From a bacterium (GTDB lineage Bacteria > Electryoneota > Electryoneia > Electryoneales > Electryoneaceae): DNA of 19,448 bases. Below, piece after piece: positions 1 to 8,917 of this stretch. The DNA is taken from the NCBI GenBank assembly GCA_043801585.1, contig JAZDLX010000149.1:1-19448 (forward strand). Direction: 5' to 3'. A program made the translations under genes and the position numbers. Position 1 is the first letter of the stretch, and every line of letters starts with the position of its first letter. Under the pieces are notes generated by a model, which saw nothing but the letters and a program-made list of their open reading frames with translations, was not told where the DNA came from and made no database searches.

Positions 1-399
1 CAGGTTCGCCAGCACCTCCGTGTCCGTCTCCGAGGTGAACGCGTACCCCTTCTCCAACAGCGTCTTCTTCAGCTCACCGTAGTTCTCGATGATCCCGTTG
101 TGGATCAGCGCCAGTTTGCCCGACCCCGACAGGTGCGGGTGTGCGTTGACGTCGTTCGGAGCACCGTGCGTCGCCCACCGCGTGTGACCGATCCCCACCG
201 TCGCCGCGCTCGCCTCCCCCTCGTTGAGAAGCCCCTCAAGCACCGCGATCTTCCCCTGCTTCTTGATGACGCGCACCTCACGCCCCTCAAGCAGAGCCAC
301 CCCCGCGCTGTCATACCCGCGGTACTCGAGACGCTTCAACCCGTTTAACAGAATCGGCGTCGCCGCACGACCACCAACGTATCCGATGATCCCACACAT
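1..399 (-). CDS. glmS: Glutamine--fructose-6-phosphate aminotransferase (isomerizing), 5' part; truncated by the window edge
   Basis: Not in the ORF track. The reverse strand from ATG at 399 reads MCGIIGYVGGRAATPILLNGLKRLEYRGYDSAGVA...GIGHTRWATHG...NAHPH...HNGIIENY...SETDTEV, the class II GATase N-terminus of GlmS. SD AAAAGGAG lies just upstream. Confidence 0.97.
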   Translation of the reverse strand, partial: MCGIIGYVGGRAATPILLNGLKRLEYRGYDSAGVALLEGREVRVIKKQGKIAVLEGLLNEGEASAATVGIGHTRWATHGAPNDVNAHPHLSGSGKLALIHNGIIENYGELKKTLLEKGYAFTSETDTEVLANL

Positions 400-503
400 G
401 GGAGATCTCCTTTTTGAAACACTATCGCATGGTGTAGAACGACATGCGAGACTCTATCTCCGAGCCTTCCTGCATCTTGTCACCCTGATCATTCCGAATC
501 ACG

Positions 504-3500
504 TTATCCGTGAATCGAGATGTTGACGTTAATTCCGAATTCCTGATAACGTCGAGTATTCTGAATGGTCGAGGTCACGCCGTACTTATAACGAGCGGAC
601 CCGGAGACGGACTGCGAGAATTTGTAATTGATCGAGGGTGCGACAGACCAGTCGCTACTTTTGTTATTCGGAGTCCAGTCTTCTCCCAGCAGCCTGCGTT
701 CACCGAGGGATCTGCGATTATCGTATGCCAGCGAGAAAGTGGTTTCGTTGTTGAAGCTCCGATTTTTGAAGGGCCAAATCGGCAGCGGAATTCGGAAACC
801 GGATTTGCGGGTGTAATTCGCCTGAACGCTGTAGGATTGCGTCGTTGATCGATCAAGCTGGCCATTCGAGCCATCCGCACTCAACGTTTGACTCCAGTTG
901 TAACGAAACTGGCTCGAGATACCATACTTCCATGTGATGTTGAGACCCGCCAAAGGAGCAAAGTTTTTATCATAACTTTTTCTCAGCGTCTGTCGGACCT
1001 GAGCCTGCTCGATCTGGTCGAAAATCACATTCCAGTTTTCCGTGACGCTGCCACGGAAGGCATGATCGAAGTTTACCGCCTGCGTCAGGTTCTGGAGAAG
1101 AATAAATTGCTCAAGGCCGCTCCATCTCACCGAATAGTTGGGCAAATCGAGCCAGGTGATTTTCTTGCTGGTTGTGTTGTAATAGTAAAATCCACCGCGA
1201 GTAAGTGAACCGTTGATATTGTTCCCATTGGCATTGCTGCTGTGCGAACGGCTCCATTGATAGTTGTAATCAAGGCCGGTATTCAATCGCGCACTCCAGT
1301 CGATCCCGGTGGAGATGCGGTAGTTGTCCGTGCGGCTGACACCGACCGAGGAGGTGTATCCCGGAAGCGTATTTAGTCCGGGATCCCCCGAAAGTCCAAG
1401 CTGATAGAGGAATGAAGCGGAACCGGATTCTACGGTAGGATTGACGTAGTTCAACGACTGAGTGTAATCGACCCGGATATCCTGCATTTTTCTGGCGCCG
1501 TTCAGCATAGCTTTCAGCAGGTCGAGCGGATTGGGCTGTTTGACATTTACCGAATCTTTTCCACCCTCTCCTTTCGGACCTGCATTTGAAGGTTTTTGAG
1601 GCGGCGTAGTCCCTCCCGGTTCGAACCCTCCCCGTGGGAGTCCCTGTCTTTCTCTCGATGTGGACTGTGTGCCTTTGCTGCGACTATCCGCCCGCAAGAG
1701 TTGTCTAAGCTTCAAAGTGAAGTTGCCACCCAGATTATTATTCGATTGCACGTTACGGCCGGAGTACGTCCACCCCGACCATTGCCAGTTGTAAGCGGTG
1801 CGATAGTTGAAACCGGTATCAAACCAGGAGAGCAGGCGCGGAGAATAGCGAAGATTGATTGTCTGGGATTTTTTTGTGTCGCCGAAGTTCATTCCGAAAG
1901 CATGCCAGAAACGATCCTTGAATTCCATGTCTCCAACGAGAATCGGTGTCCAGGGGTGACGAATGGCATTGCCTGGAAAAGCCTGGTCGATTTCATCAAA
2001 CATCAGCCTGACAACTTCATCAGCAGATACACCGGCGAAAAGCCGCTTTTCAGCGCTATCCGCAATCACCGGCCCCGGCGGATAGTATTGAACATCATAC
2101 CGCAACAGGACCGAGGTGCTGTCGATGATCGTGCGCGGATCGGTCGATGGAGGCCAAAACGTCTCGACTTCCTCTTTGCTGCGATCCTGGTACACCGTTC
2201 GCTGAAGGACACTGTCCGCTTGAATCTGATCGGATGTAATCGAGTAATTGTAATCGATGCCGAACGACCTGAAAGGTGCAATACCGGTGCTGATATTGCG
2301 TGACAGGTTCATCGTGCTGCTGGGACGTTCCAGCGCATTCCGGCTTTTTCCGCTCGTCTTTAACTGGTTTACGTTCAATCCGGTATTGAATTTAGTCGGC
2401 CAGTAATTGAACGCCGATTCGGACAAACCTTTCAGAATGGGCAATCCCTCGGTCCATTTGAACACTTTCAAATTTGCACTCGGAAAGGCGAGATTATAGT
2501 TCAGATTTCCTGCATTGGTGAAGGATTTATCGTACTGGCGCCGAAGACTGGAGCCGGCTGTTTCACGGTGATCGAGCTTCCAGGTGATGTTGTCAAGAGT
2601 GTATTTGACGAGCGGATTGCTGTTTTTCCCGGCTTTGCTGTATTGCAGACTCCAACTGTAACTCTGATTCGTCGTGAGCAGAGTGTCAATCCCCCATTTC
2701 GTGGGATCCTGTTGTTCGATCCCGGTAACAGAGTCGACGACAACCTCTCCTGTATCATCAAGCAGGTAGCGATCCTTTATGTGATCCTGACTGAGCGCCT
2801 TTTTCGCGTATTCGCTCCAGATGTTGAGATTCCGTCCCTCCTCAAGAGAGGTCACCAGGATATCACCGTTGGTAGTCGTATAACGGGGAATGCTGAGGCT
2901 GCTGGAAACGTTTCCGTGCAGAGGCAACCTGATGTTCCAGTTCGGATCGAACATCTTCTCGAGGTTGATCTGCGCATCAAGGGTGCCGGAGATGTTGCTG
3001 CTGGACGATCCAACGCGTTGATCCACCTGGTGGAAGGTTGCATCCCGTTGTGTCAGCGTCCCGCTGACATTCATCACATCCGCGAGGGACGCGTTGAAAG
3101 AGGTTCTCAGAGCCATTCCAGACTCTTTGCGAACATCCGACAAGCGCAACTCGTCCACCCACATCTCAAGTTCCTCATCCCTGGAGATGGGTCTCCCAAG
3201 ATTTCGAATGCCGATGGAATAGACTTGAACGGCGCCGAGAGAGGGGGTCCCGACAACCTTTATCACATCACCATTTGGCAATATTTCATAGGCGCTGGTT
3301 TCGCCGTTGTCGGCGGCGGTTTTCTTGAGGGTTGTCAACCGATCGAGATCGATGGTGATATTGTTCCCCGACCACCCGGGGTTCAATTTCTGACTGTATT
3401 CGTAGTATCCTTTGTTGGATGAACCCTCAAACCCCGAACCGAACCGCAGAAACATTTCAAGATTTTTCCCTGTCAGCCGTTCGGGGTGGCGGCCGCCTCC

Positions 3501-6500
3501 ATGAACGAACATTTTCAGGTATCTGTACTCGCGGAGATCCTGGCTGTTGTAGAGATACTTGACGAGTTCGCCCTCGGCCGATTCAGGCATGTCGAGAATC
3601 TTGACGACGAGAGACTGTTCACGGCGGCGCAGGTTCGTGACAGGATCGATGTCGCCGCTGACGCCCGGGGGCTGGCTGTAATCCTCGAAGTTGTCGTAAG
3701 TGTTGATCGTCGTCCCAGTGACATAGGTGACTGTGTCTCGGGTAGCCACATCGATAACGGGTGAATCCTGCCACTCGTTTCCGACAAGCTCGAATTGTGC
3801 GATCTTCACCCTGGTCCGCGAAGCAAAGTTGCCGAACCAGAACCGCAGGTAGCGGATGTCGGTGAGGCTCGGATTGTTGACGCTGTCGAAAACGTCCTCG
3901 ATGGGAATCCGTATCAGACGCCAGCGTGCCTCGTTGTCCTGACCGCCACGCACGTACTTCGTATAATCCGCGGCGTTGTTCAGGCGAAACCGGTAGCGGA
4001 AGAAACTGTTGGCTTTCTCCGCCTGCAAACTGCCATCAAGGTCCTCGGTGTCCGGGTAACGGTACTCGTCCGTCTCGTTGCTTTCCGTTCCGTTGATTTT
4101 CTGATATTCTGAGGTTCCCGCCGAATAGGACCAGTTGTCGCTGGAGAAGGGTTCGCTGGGATCATGCTCTCCGTTACCGTTTATATCCCAATAGTCGTAC
4201 TGACCGGAGGCATAGTTATAATCCTGGCTTTCCACCGTCCAAGCGGGATTAGCGGAATTGTCGCCCAGATACCAGGGTGGATCGGACCCACGGATTCCGT
4301 CGATCCCCGTATCTTCCCCATCGTCCAGAATCCCGTTCCCGACGTCACTGCCCGGCAGCGGCTTGTCTTCCGTATCGAGTTTCTTGTCCGGTATTACATC
4401 CTCACTGATCAAGCCCATGTCGATGTAGAGAGTGGCATTCGGTCCTCCGCCACCTTCCGGCCAGGCCATCCAAATCTCGATGTACCGGGTGGTTGTCTGA
4501 TTGTAATAGCCGGACGAAATGGCCCTCATGATGCCGTTCCAAGTCCTCGAGGAATCGACTTGCGCACTGCGGAAATTGTTGACCCTCGGGTCGTACTCGA
4601 TGAACAGAGCATCTGTCAGCTTTGCCACCTGTCCATTCAGCTCCCGGTTCGGCCAGATCTCCTGAATCGGCACCTGCTGATAGGGATTGTACCAGACCAG
4701 CCGTCCGCGATAGTCCAGGCCATCATCCGCCGATCTCTGGTCCAGGTACGGAAGGTGAAAGGGATGACTCGCCGGGAACCAGCTCTTCCTGCGCACACCC
4801 ATCGGCGTGGAACGCCGCGCCGATTCGAAATCGTCGATGTAGGCGACGCCATTGTCATCCCCGGTCGCCGAGTTGTTCAGACTGTTGGGATTCGGGAAAA
4901 CCTGCGCGATTTCCCCCTCGAAGCTGACTTCGCTCGGTTTGTCCGTGTCAATCAGTGGCAGGGCGTTCACCGCCTGAGTCAGGAAATAGGGCTTGAACCG
5001 CAGCCGTGTGTTGAGATCCCAGATGGTGTTCCGCAACGGCTCATTGCCCACCTTTACGCGGGTTTCAATGGGTTTCTCATTGAAGTAAAGCAGCGTCGCG
5101 CCGATGAAACTGTCCTCCCACAGGGCGTACTCCAACCTGACGCCGATCATCGTCTTCTTATCGAGCTGAAAAACCTCCCCTGACTCGTAATTAATCTCCA
5201 GTTTCGATCCCTTGTCCGTGACGGACTTGTCAAGAATCACGACGCGGCCGGAGAGATAGTCGATGGTATAATCCTTGTCTTTCGTCAGCAACCGGCCATT
5301 CAGGTAGACCTCTTCCGACCCCTCGAGAACATTGAAGCCAAGGTTGATGTCACTGGAAACGCTGGTGTAATTCGCTTCAAAATTAAAGTTTGTTACGTAC
5401 TGTTGATTCGTGGACGGGGCGATGTCGTAGATATCGGGATTTGTCAGCGTGTCAATTTCAGCCGTGATTTCCGAGTCATTGATATAGTACCCTTCAGGAT
5501 CGAAAGGCCGAAGGTCCGGAAAATGGATTTCGCCGTAGGTCTTGTTGATGAAAACGCTGTCGATGACGCCGTCGGGTGACAACGACCCGTCCCGGCTTTT
5601 GCGGTCGAGTCCAAACACCTCAAGCCAGCTTTTTCCTTCTGCGGTCGTCTCCTGTTTTTGCAATCCTCTGTACATGTTCAAGCTGAAATCGTTGAGATTC
5701 AGATTCTGAGTTCCGACCCAGTAAACGTGTTTCCAGGAGAGGTTCCAGTTCTCGTCCGCACTTGTCGCCGTTTTGGCTTTGAGCTCCTTCAGGATGACTT
5801 CGCTTCCCGGGGGACCATAGGTTCCCACCCGGGAACCATCCGATAGAATGTAGGCAACGGCGATGATTTCATCCGTTTGCGCGGGTATGTTCATACGGAT
5901 GTAGCCCAGGTTTTCATGGACGTCGTAATCATTCCCCAGCACGAGTTTCTTGAACGTTGCAATCTCACCATTCGGGATTTCATCCATCGCTGCGTACTGG
6001 TTGTAAAGGTTGAGAATCGACACCTTGTCGTTCGGCACATCGGGTACTTTGTTCCCATACCGGTTATCATAGATGGCGACACCGCGGAAGAACTGTTCCT
6101 GATTGTTCTGGCGTGCCGATTTATAGACCTCGATGCTCTGGATCGTCCGGGCCGGTTGCGGATGGATGTAGTTGGCGTCGTAATGGCGGTAATTCTCCCG
6201 ATAGAGATCGTCAAGGAAGAAATACTGGTTTCGTACCAGGTCGCGGTCGTCAAAGGGGTAGGATTGCGGTTCACTTCCCCCCGTCTTTTGCAGCTTGTTC
6301 TTCTCCCCCTTCTGCAGCGATGCCACCGACGTGATCGAAAGAGGGCCCACCTTGGAGACAGCCTTGAAACCAAACAACCCCTGGTTCTTCCCGGACAGGG
6401 TTGCCAGTTGTGTACCCCGCAGGTCCAGGGAAATGTTTCCCGCTTCGATGGACTGGATGATCTCGTCCTCATAGCCCTGGTAGGTCAACTTGACGGTGTT

Positions 6501-7205
6501 GTTGAAATCGAACATCTGCTCACTGTCCTGATCGATTTCCACCGACACTTTGTCACCGACTTTGCCGGTGATATGGAAATTTTGACGCTGGTTGATCTTG
6601 AAGTTGTAGTTGGTCTGGTCCGTTTGCAGAGTCACCACCTGGTCGGACTTTTCGCGCCGAAGACCGCCGTCGATGTTGATGTTGCCGGTAACGCTGAGCC
6701 CCACCCGGTCACCGCCGAAAATTCGGCGGAACGTCTTGGAGCGGATGCGGAATGGAACCTGGATTTCGAGCGCTCCTCCGCCCGATTCCTGCGGAGGGGT
6801 GTAAATGGCATCACGGAATTTTCTCCTGAGCCTTGTCAACCGGTCACGCTCGAGATTCCATTCGCGATACCGCTCTCGGCTGAACACCCGCTCCGGTCCA
6901 TAGGGGTATCCGAAAAGACTACGTTTCGAGATGTAATACCCGGAGGCGGTATCGTACTGGGTGGTGACCTGAAAAAGCAGCGCGTCCTGTTGAAGTCCCG
7001 CGATACTGTCGGCGGAGGCGAGTGGAAGCGGTTTCGCGTCTCGCAAAGTTGCTGCAGGATCGAATAGACCGGGGATTGGCGGCGAGATGTCGACGTGGAG
7101 AGCAGATGTCCCCGATGCTAATGCAAGCATCGGGGCTGCGATCACCCAAAGAAGAAGCGTACTTCTCCTCAGGCGCCGGGCAATCCGCTCACGTCCTAAA
7201 CGCAT
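504..7205 (-). CDS. sprA: SprA/Sov-family outer-membrane protein (type IX secretion system translocon homologue), 2233 aa
   Basis: Size and motifs match SprA: GKVGDKVSVEID..., Y.GYEDEIIQSIEAGNI, GLFGFK, GNEP.RNTIW, AYIDDFE, PDTEDLD, WVDELRL. N-terminal signal peptide and a long C-terminal region of amphipathic beta-strands. Confidence 0.9.
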   Translation of the reverse strand: MRLGRERIARRLRRSTLLLWVIAAPMLALASGTSALHVDISPPIPGLFDPAATLRDAKPLPLASADSIAGLQQDALLFQVTTQYDTASGYYISKRSLFGYPYGPERVFSRERYREWNLERDRLTRLRRKFRDAIYTPPQESGGGALEIQVPFRIRSKTFRRIFGGDRVGLSVTGNINIDGGLRREKSDQVVTLQTDQTNYNFKINQRQNFHITGKVGDKVSVEIDQDSEQMFDFNNTVKLTYQGYEDEIIQSIEAGNISLDLRGTQLATLSGKNQGLFGFKAVSKVGPLSITSVASLQKGEKNKLQKTGGSEPQSYPFDDRDLVRNQYFFLDDLYRENYRHYDANYIHPQPARTIQSIEVYKSARQNNQEQFFRGVAIYDNRYGNKVPDVPNDKVSILNLYNQYAAMDEIPNGEIATFKKLVLGNDYDVHENLGYIRMNIPAQTDEIIAVAYILSDGSRVGTYGPPGSEVILKELKAKTATSADENWNLSWKHVYWVGTQNLNLNDFSLNMYRGLQKQETTAEGKSWLEVFGLDRKSRDGSLSPDGVIDSVFINKTYGEIHFPDLRPFDPEGYYINDSEITAEIDTLTNPDIYDIAPSTNQQYVTNFNFEANYTSVSSDINLGFNVLEGSEEVYLNGRLLTKDKDYTIDYLSGRVVILDKSVTDKGSKLEINYESGEVFQLDKKTMIGVRLEYALWEDSFIGATLLYFNEKPIETRVKVGNEPLRNTIWDLNTRLRFKPYFLTQAVNALPLIDTDKPSEVSFEGEIAQVFPNPNSLNNSATGDDNGVAYIDDFESARRSTPMGVRRKSWFPASHPFHLPYLDQRSADDGLDYRGRLVWYNPYQQVPIQEIWPNRELNGQVAKLTDALFIEYDPRVNNFRSAQVDSSRTWNGIMRAISSGYYNQTTTRYIEIWMAWPEGGGGPNATLYIDMGLISEDVIPDKKLDTEDKPLPGSDVGNGILDDGEDTGIDGIRGSDPPWYLGDNSANPAWTVESQDYNYASGQYDYWDINGNGEHDPSEPFSSDNWSYSAGTSEYQKINGTESNETDEYRYPDTEDLDGSLQAEKANSFFRYRFRLNNAADYTKYVRGGQDNEARWRLIRIPIEDVFDSVNNPSLTDIRYLRFWFGNFASRTRVKIAQFELVGNEWQDSPVIDVATRDTVTYVTGTTINTYDNFEDYSQPPGVSGDIDPVTNLRRREQSLVVKILDMPESAEGELVKYLYNSQDLREYRYLKMFVHGGGRHPERLTGKNLEMFLRFGSGFEGSSNKGYYEYSQKLNPGWSGNNITIDLDRLTTLKKTAADNGETSAYEILPNGDVIKVVGTPSLGAVQVYSIGIRNLGRPISRDEELEMWVDELRLSDVRKESGMALRTSFNASLADVMNVSGTLTQRDATFHQVDQRVGSSSSNISGTLDAQINLEKMFDPNWNIRLPLHGNVSSSLSIPRYTTTNGDILVTSLEEGRNLNIWSEYAKKALSQDHIKDRYLLDDTGEVVVDSVTGIEQQDPTKWGIDTLLTTNQSYSWSLQYSKAGKNSNPLVKYTLDNITWKLDHRETAGSSLRRQYDKSFTNAGNLNYNLAFPSANLKVFKWTEGLPILKGLSESAFNYWPTKFNTGLNVNQLKTSGKSRNALERPSSTMNLSRNISTGIAPFRSFGIDYNYSITSDQIQADSVLQRTVYQDRSKEEVETFWPPSTDPRTIIDSTSVLLRYDVQYYPPGPVIADSAEKRLFAGVSADEVVRLMFDEIDQAFPGNAIRHPWTPILVGDMEFKDRFWHAFGMNFGDTKKSQTINLRYSPRLLSWFDTGFNYRTAYNWQWSGWTYSGRNVQSNNNLGGNFTLKLRQLLRADSRSKGTQSTSRERQGLPRGGFEPGGTTPPQKPSNAGPKGEGGKDSVNVKQPNPLDLLKAMLNGARKMQDIRVDYTQSLNYVNPTVESGSASFLYQLGLSGDPGLNTLPGYTSSVGVSRTDNYRISTGIDWSARLNTGLDYNYQWSRSHSSNANGNNINGSLTRGGFYYYNTTSKKITWLDLPNYSVRWSGLEQFILLQNLTQAVNFDHAFRGSVTENWNVIFDQIEQAQVRQTLRKSYDKNFAPLAGLNITWKYGISSQFRYNWSQTLSADGSNGQLDRSTTQSYSVQANYTRKSGFRIPLPIWPFKNRSFNNETTFSLAYDNRRSLGERRLLGEDWTPNNKSSDWSVAPSINYKFSQSVSGSARYKYGVTSTIQNTRRYQEFGINVNISIHG

Positions 7206-7348
7206 GCCGCTCGCTATCCTATCCCTACTAGTCGTTTATTGTGGCGAGTTCAACGCGTTGACAACGGTAGCGGTTGCACCTCCGGATGATAGTACGCTCC
7301 CCATGCAGAGGGGCGCGGCTGATTCAGCATGCCGCGCCTCATCTATGA

Positions 7349-7377
7349 AAATTAGTGATTTCTTGGATCGCAACCAA
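7349..7377 (-). promoter_or_regulatory. Possible sigma70-type promoter for sprA
   Basis: Minus strand TTGGTT-N17-TAATTT in the AT-rich part of the intergenic region; weak consensus match. Confidence 0.3.
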
Positions 7378-7418
7378 GTCTCTCCGCGCAGATGGGAAAA
7401 AGCGCTGTCGGTGGGAAA

Positions 7419-8705
7419 TCAGCGTTTCCGCTTCCTGATATGGCTTTTCAGTGGTATGCCCCTGGGCTTTTCTTTGGTTCCCGAGACGGAACCGGCACTC
7501 ACCGGTTCGGGTTTCACTTCCGGTGCGGCGGCTTTGACCTCTTTTTCCGGGATTGGTTTCACCGCCCGAGTTCGCGACATCCGTATGCTTCTCGGTTTGG
7601 ACGACGTTTCCTTCGTTTTTACAGTGACTTCATCCTTGGCAGCGGGGCTTACCTTGACGTCAGCATCCTTTTTCTCTGCAGCCTTCGACTCGGCGCCGTC
7701 GCCCTTGGCAACAGCTGGTTTGCGCGCAAGAGTCCGGCGTCCCTTGCGCCGGGGTGTCTTCGCTTCATCCTTTGCAGCAGCGGGTCCCTCTTCCTGCTTT
7801 TTTGCCCGTGAGGCAGGTTTGCGGCCAGTTTCCTCCCCTACGGGGGTGGATGGCAGCATCAGGCTGCTCTGGGCGGGAACCACGAGGCTTGACCCCTTTG
7901 CGCTCGGCGCGGCGCTTTTACCCGATGGTGACGGGGTCTCGTGAATTTGGCCAAATCCGGTCACCACAGGGGTTCCACCGCTTTTCGGGTCCTTGATCAG
8001 GCCGATCAGACCGTGGCGAGCCGCATCCTCGAGCAGCAGGGAAAAGGAAGAATAGCCGAATTGGCCTTCTGTAAATGAAGACCGTTTCCTTCGAATTGTG
8101 TCCTTGACGAGGCTGCCCCAGAGTACGTCCTTGTTCTCCCTCATCAGCGCCGCGACAGCGTCGATCACCAGCGTGAACGCGTCATGCTGCCGTTTGGTCA
8201 ACCCCGTGGGCATCATCGGCCGGGCGAGTGGAACACTCACCAAATCTTCGAGAAAAATGAATTCATCGCAGGAATTGGCCAGCAGGTTGCTGGTTGCAGC
8301 CCGCAGTCCAAAACCGATGACTTCCTTGTCGTTCTCTTTCAGTTTCGAAACGAGTGGGGTGAAATCGCTGTCTCCTGAACCGATGACGAATGTATCGATG
8401 TGTTCTTTTGTGTAGCAGAGATCCAGCGCATCGACAACCAAGCGGATATCAGCGCTGTTTTTGCCGATGTTACGGCGCATCGGAATGTCGATCATCTCGA
8501 TGGCGTACTCATGCAGTCTCCGTTTATCCTCGCTGAAAAGATACCAGTCCGCGTAGGCGCGCTTAAAAATGATACGTCCCTTCTCGAGCAACCGTTCAAG
8601 AATCTTACCTACCTCAAATTCGCCACCACCTGCTTCCCGCAGACCGATAGCGATATTATCGTAGTCGATGAAGAGTGCAATCTTTGGTTCTTTGTCTTTA
8701 TTCAT
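7419..8705 (-). CDS. NYN (LabA/DUF88, PIN-like) domain protein with OST-HTH/LOTUS domain and a Lys/Ala/Pro-rich disordered tail
   Basis: IALFIDYDNI, KRAYADW, GKNSADIRLVVDA and GSGDSDFTPLV..L.E..KEVIG are NYN acidic motifs. LWGSLVKDTIRRKRSSFTE.QFGYSSFS.LLE is LOTUS-like. Start moved to ATG 8705, which follows SD AAGAGGA. Confidence 0.9.
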   Translation of the reverse strand: MNKDKEPKIALFIDYDNIAIGLREAGGGEFEVGKILERLLEKGRIIFKRAYADWYLFSEDKRRLHEYAIEMIDIPMRRNIGKNSADIRLVVDALDLCYTKEHIDTFVIGSGDSDFTPLVSKLKENDKEVIGFGLRAATSNLLANSCDEFIFLEDLVSVPLARPMMPTGLTKRQHDAFTLVIDAVAALMRENKDVLWGSLVKDTIRRKRSSFTEGQFGYSSFSLLLEDAARHGLIGLIKDPKSGGTPVVTGFGQIHETPSPSGKSAAPSAKGSSLVVPAQSSLMLPSTPVGEETGRKPASRAKKQEEGPAAAKDEAKTPRRKGRRTLARKPAVAKGDGAESKAAEKKDADVKVSPAAKDEVTVKTKETSSKPRSIRMSRTRAVKPIPEKEVKAAAPEVKPEPVSAGSVSGTKEKPRGIPLKSHIRKRKR

Positions 8706-8792
8706 TCTATCCTCTTTTGGCCGGTTACTTGTGGATTTCCAGCCATCTTCTTCGCGCAAAAGGGCGCGATTCCCAAAAAACTTCTGTTTTCC

Positions 8793-8821
8793 AATATATT
8801 TCAGCCTTTCCGATGGAGCAA
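8793..8821 (-). promoter_or_regulatory. sigma70-type promoter for the NYN gene
   Basis: Minus strand TTGCTC-N17-TATATT, about 90 nt upstream of the start codon. Confidence 0.55.
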
Positions 8822-8860
8822 GGAACGATCATGAGCAGCTCGAGACCCCCTGTCAGCATA

Positions 8861-8896
8861 TAAAAAGGCGCCGCAACGGACCATTGCGACGCCTTC
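8861..8896 (-). terminator. Rho-independent terminator of the lipoprotein gene
   Basis: Minus strand AAGGCGTCGCAA-tggtccg-TTGCGGCGCCTT-TTTA: GC-rich stem followed by a U tract, about 20 nt after the stop at 8918. Confidence 0.8.
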
Positions 8897-8917
8897 CTCG
8901 GTGTTTGTCCGCACGGA

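Noticed and set aside
400..503. glmS ribozyme upstream of glmS
   Set aside because: The gap is only 104 nt and I find no ribozyme core (AGCGCC...GACGAGG). It holds just a 7-bp hairpin (TCGCATG/CATGCGA, 425-449) and a GGAGATCTCC palindrome over the SD.
510..7944. Many long plus-strand ORFs (e.g. 2568-3422, 4164-5183, 5877-7067, 7087-7944)
   Set aside because: Antisense shadows of sprA and the NYN gene, typical of GC-rich coding DNA; no recognisable motifs.
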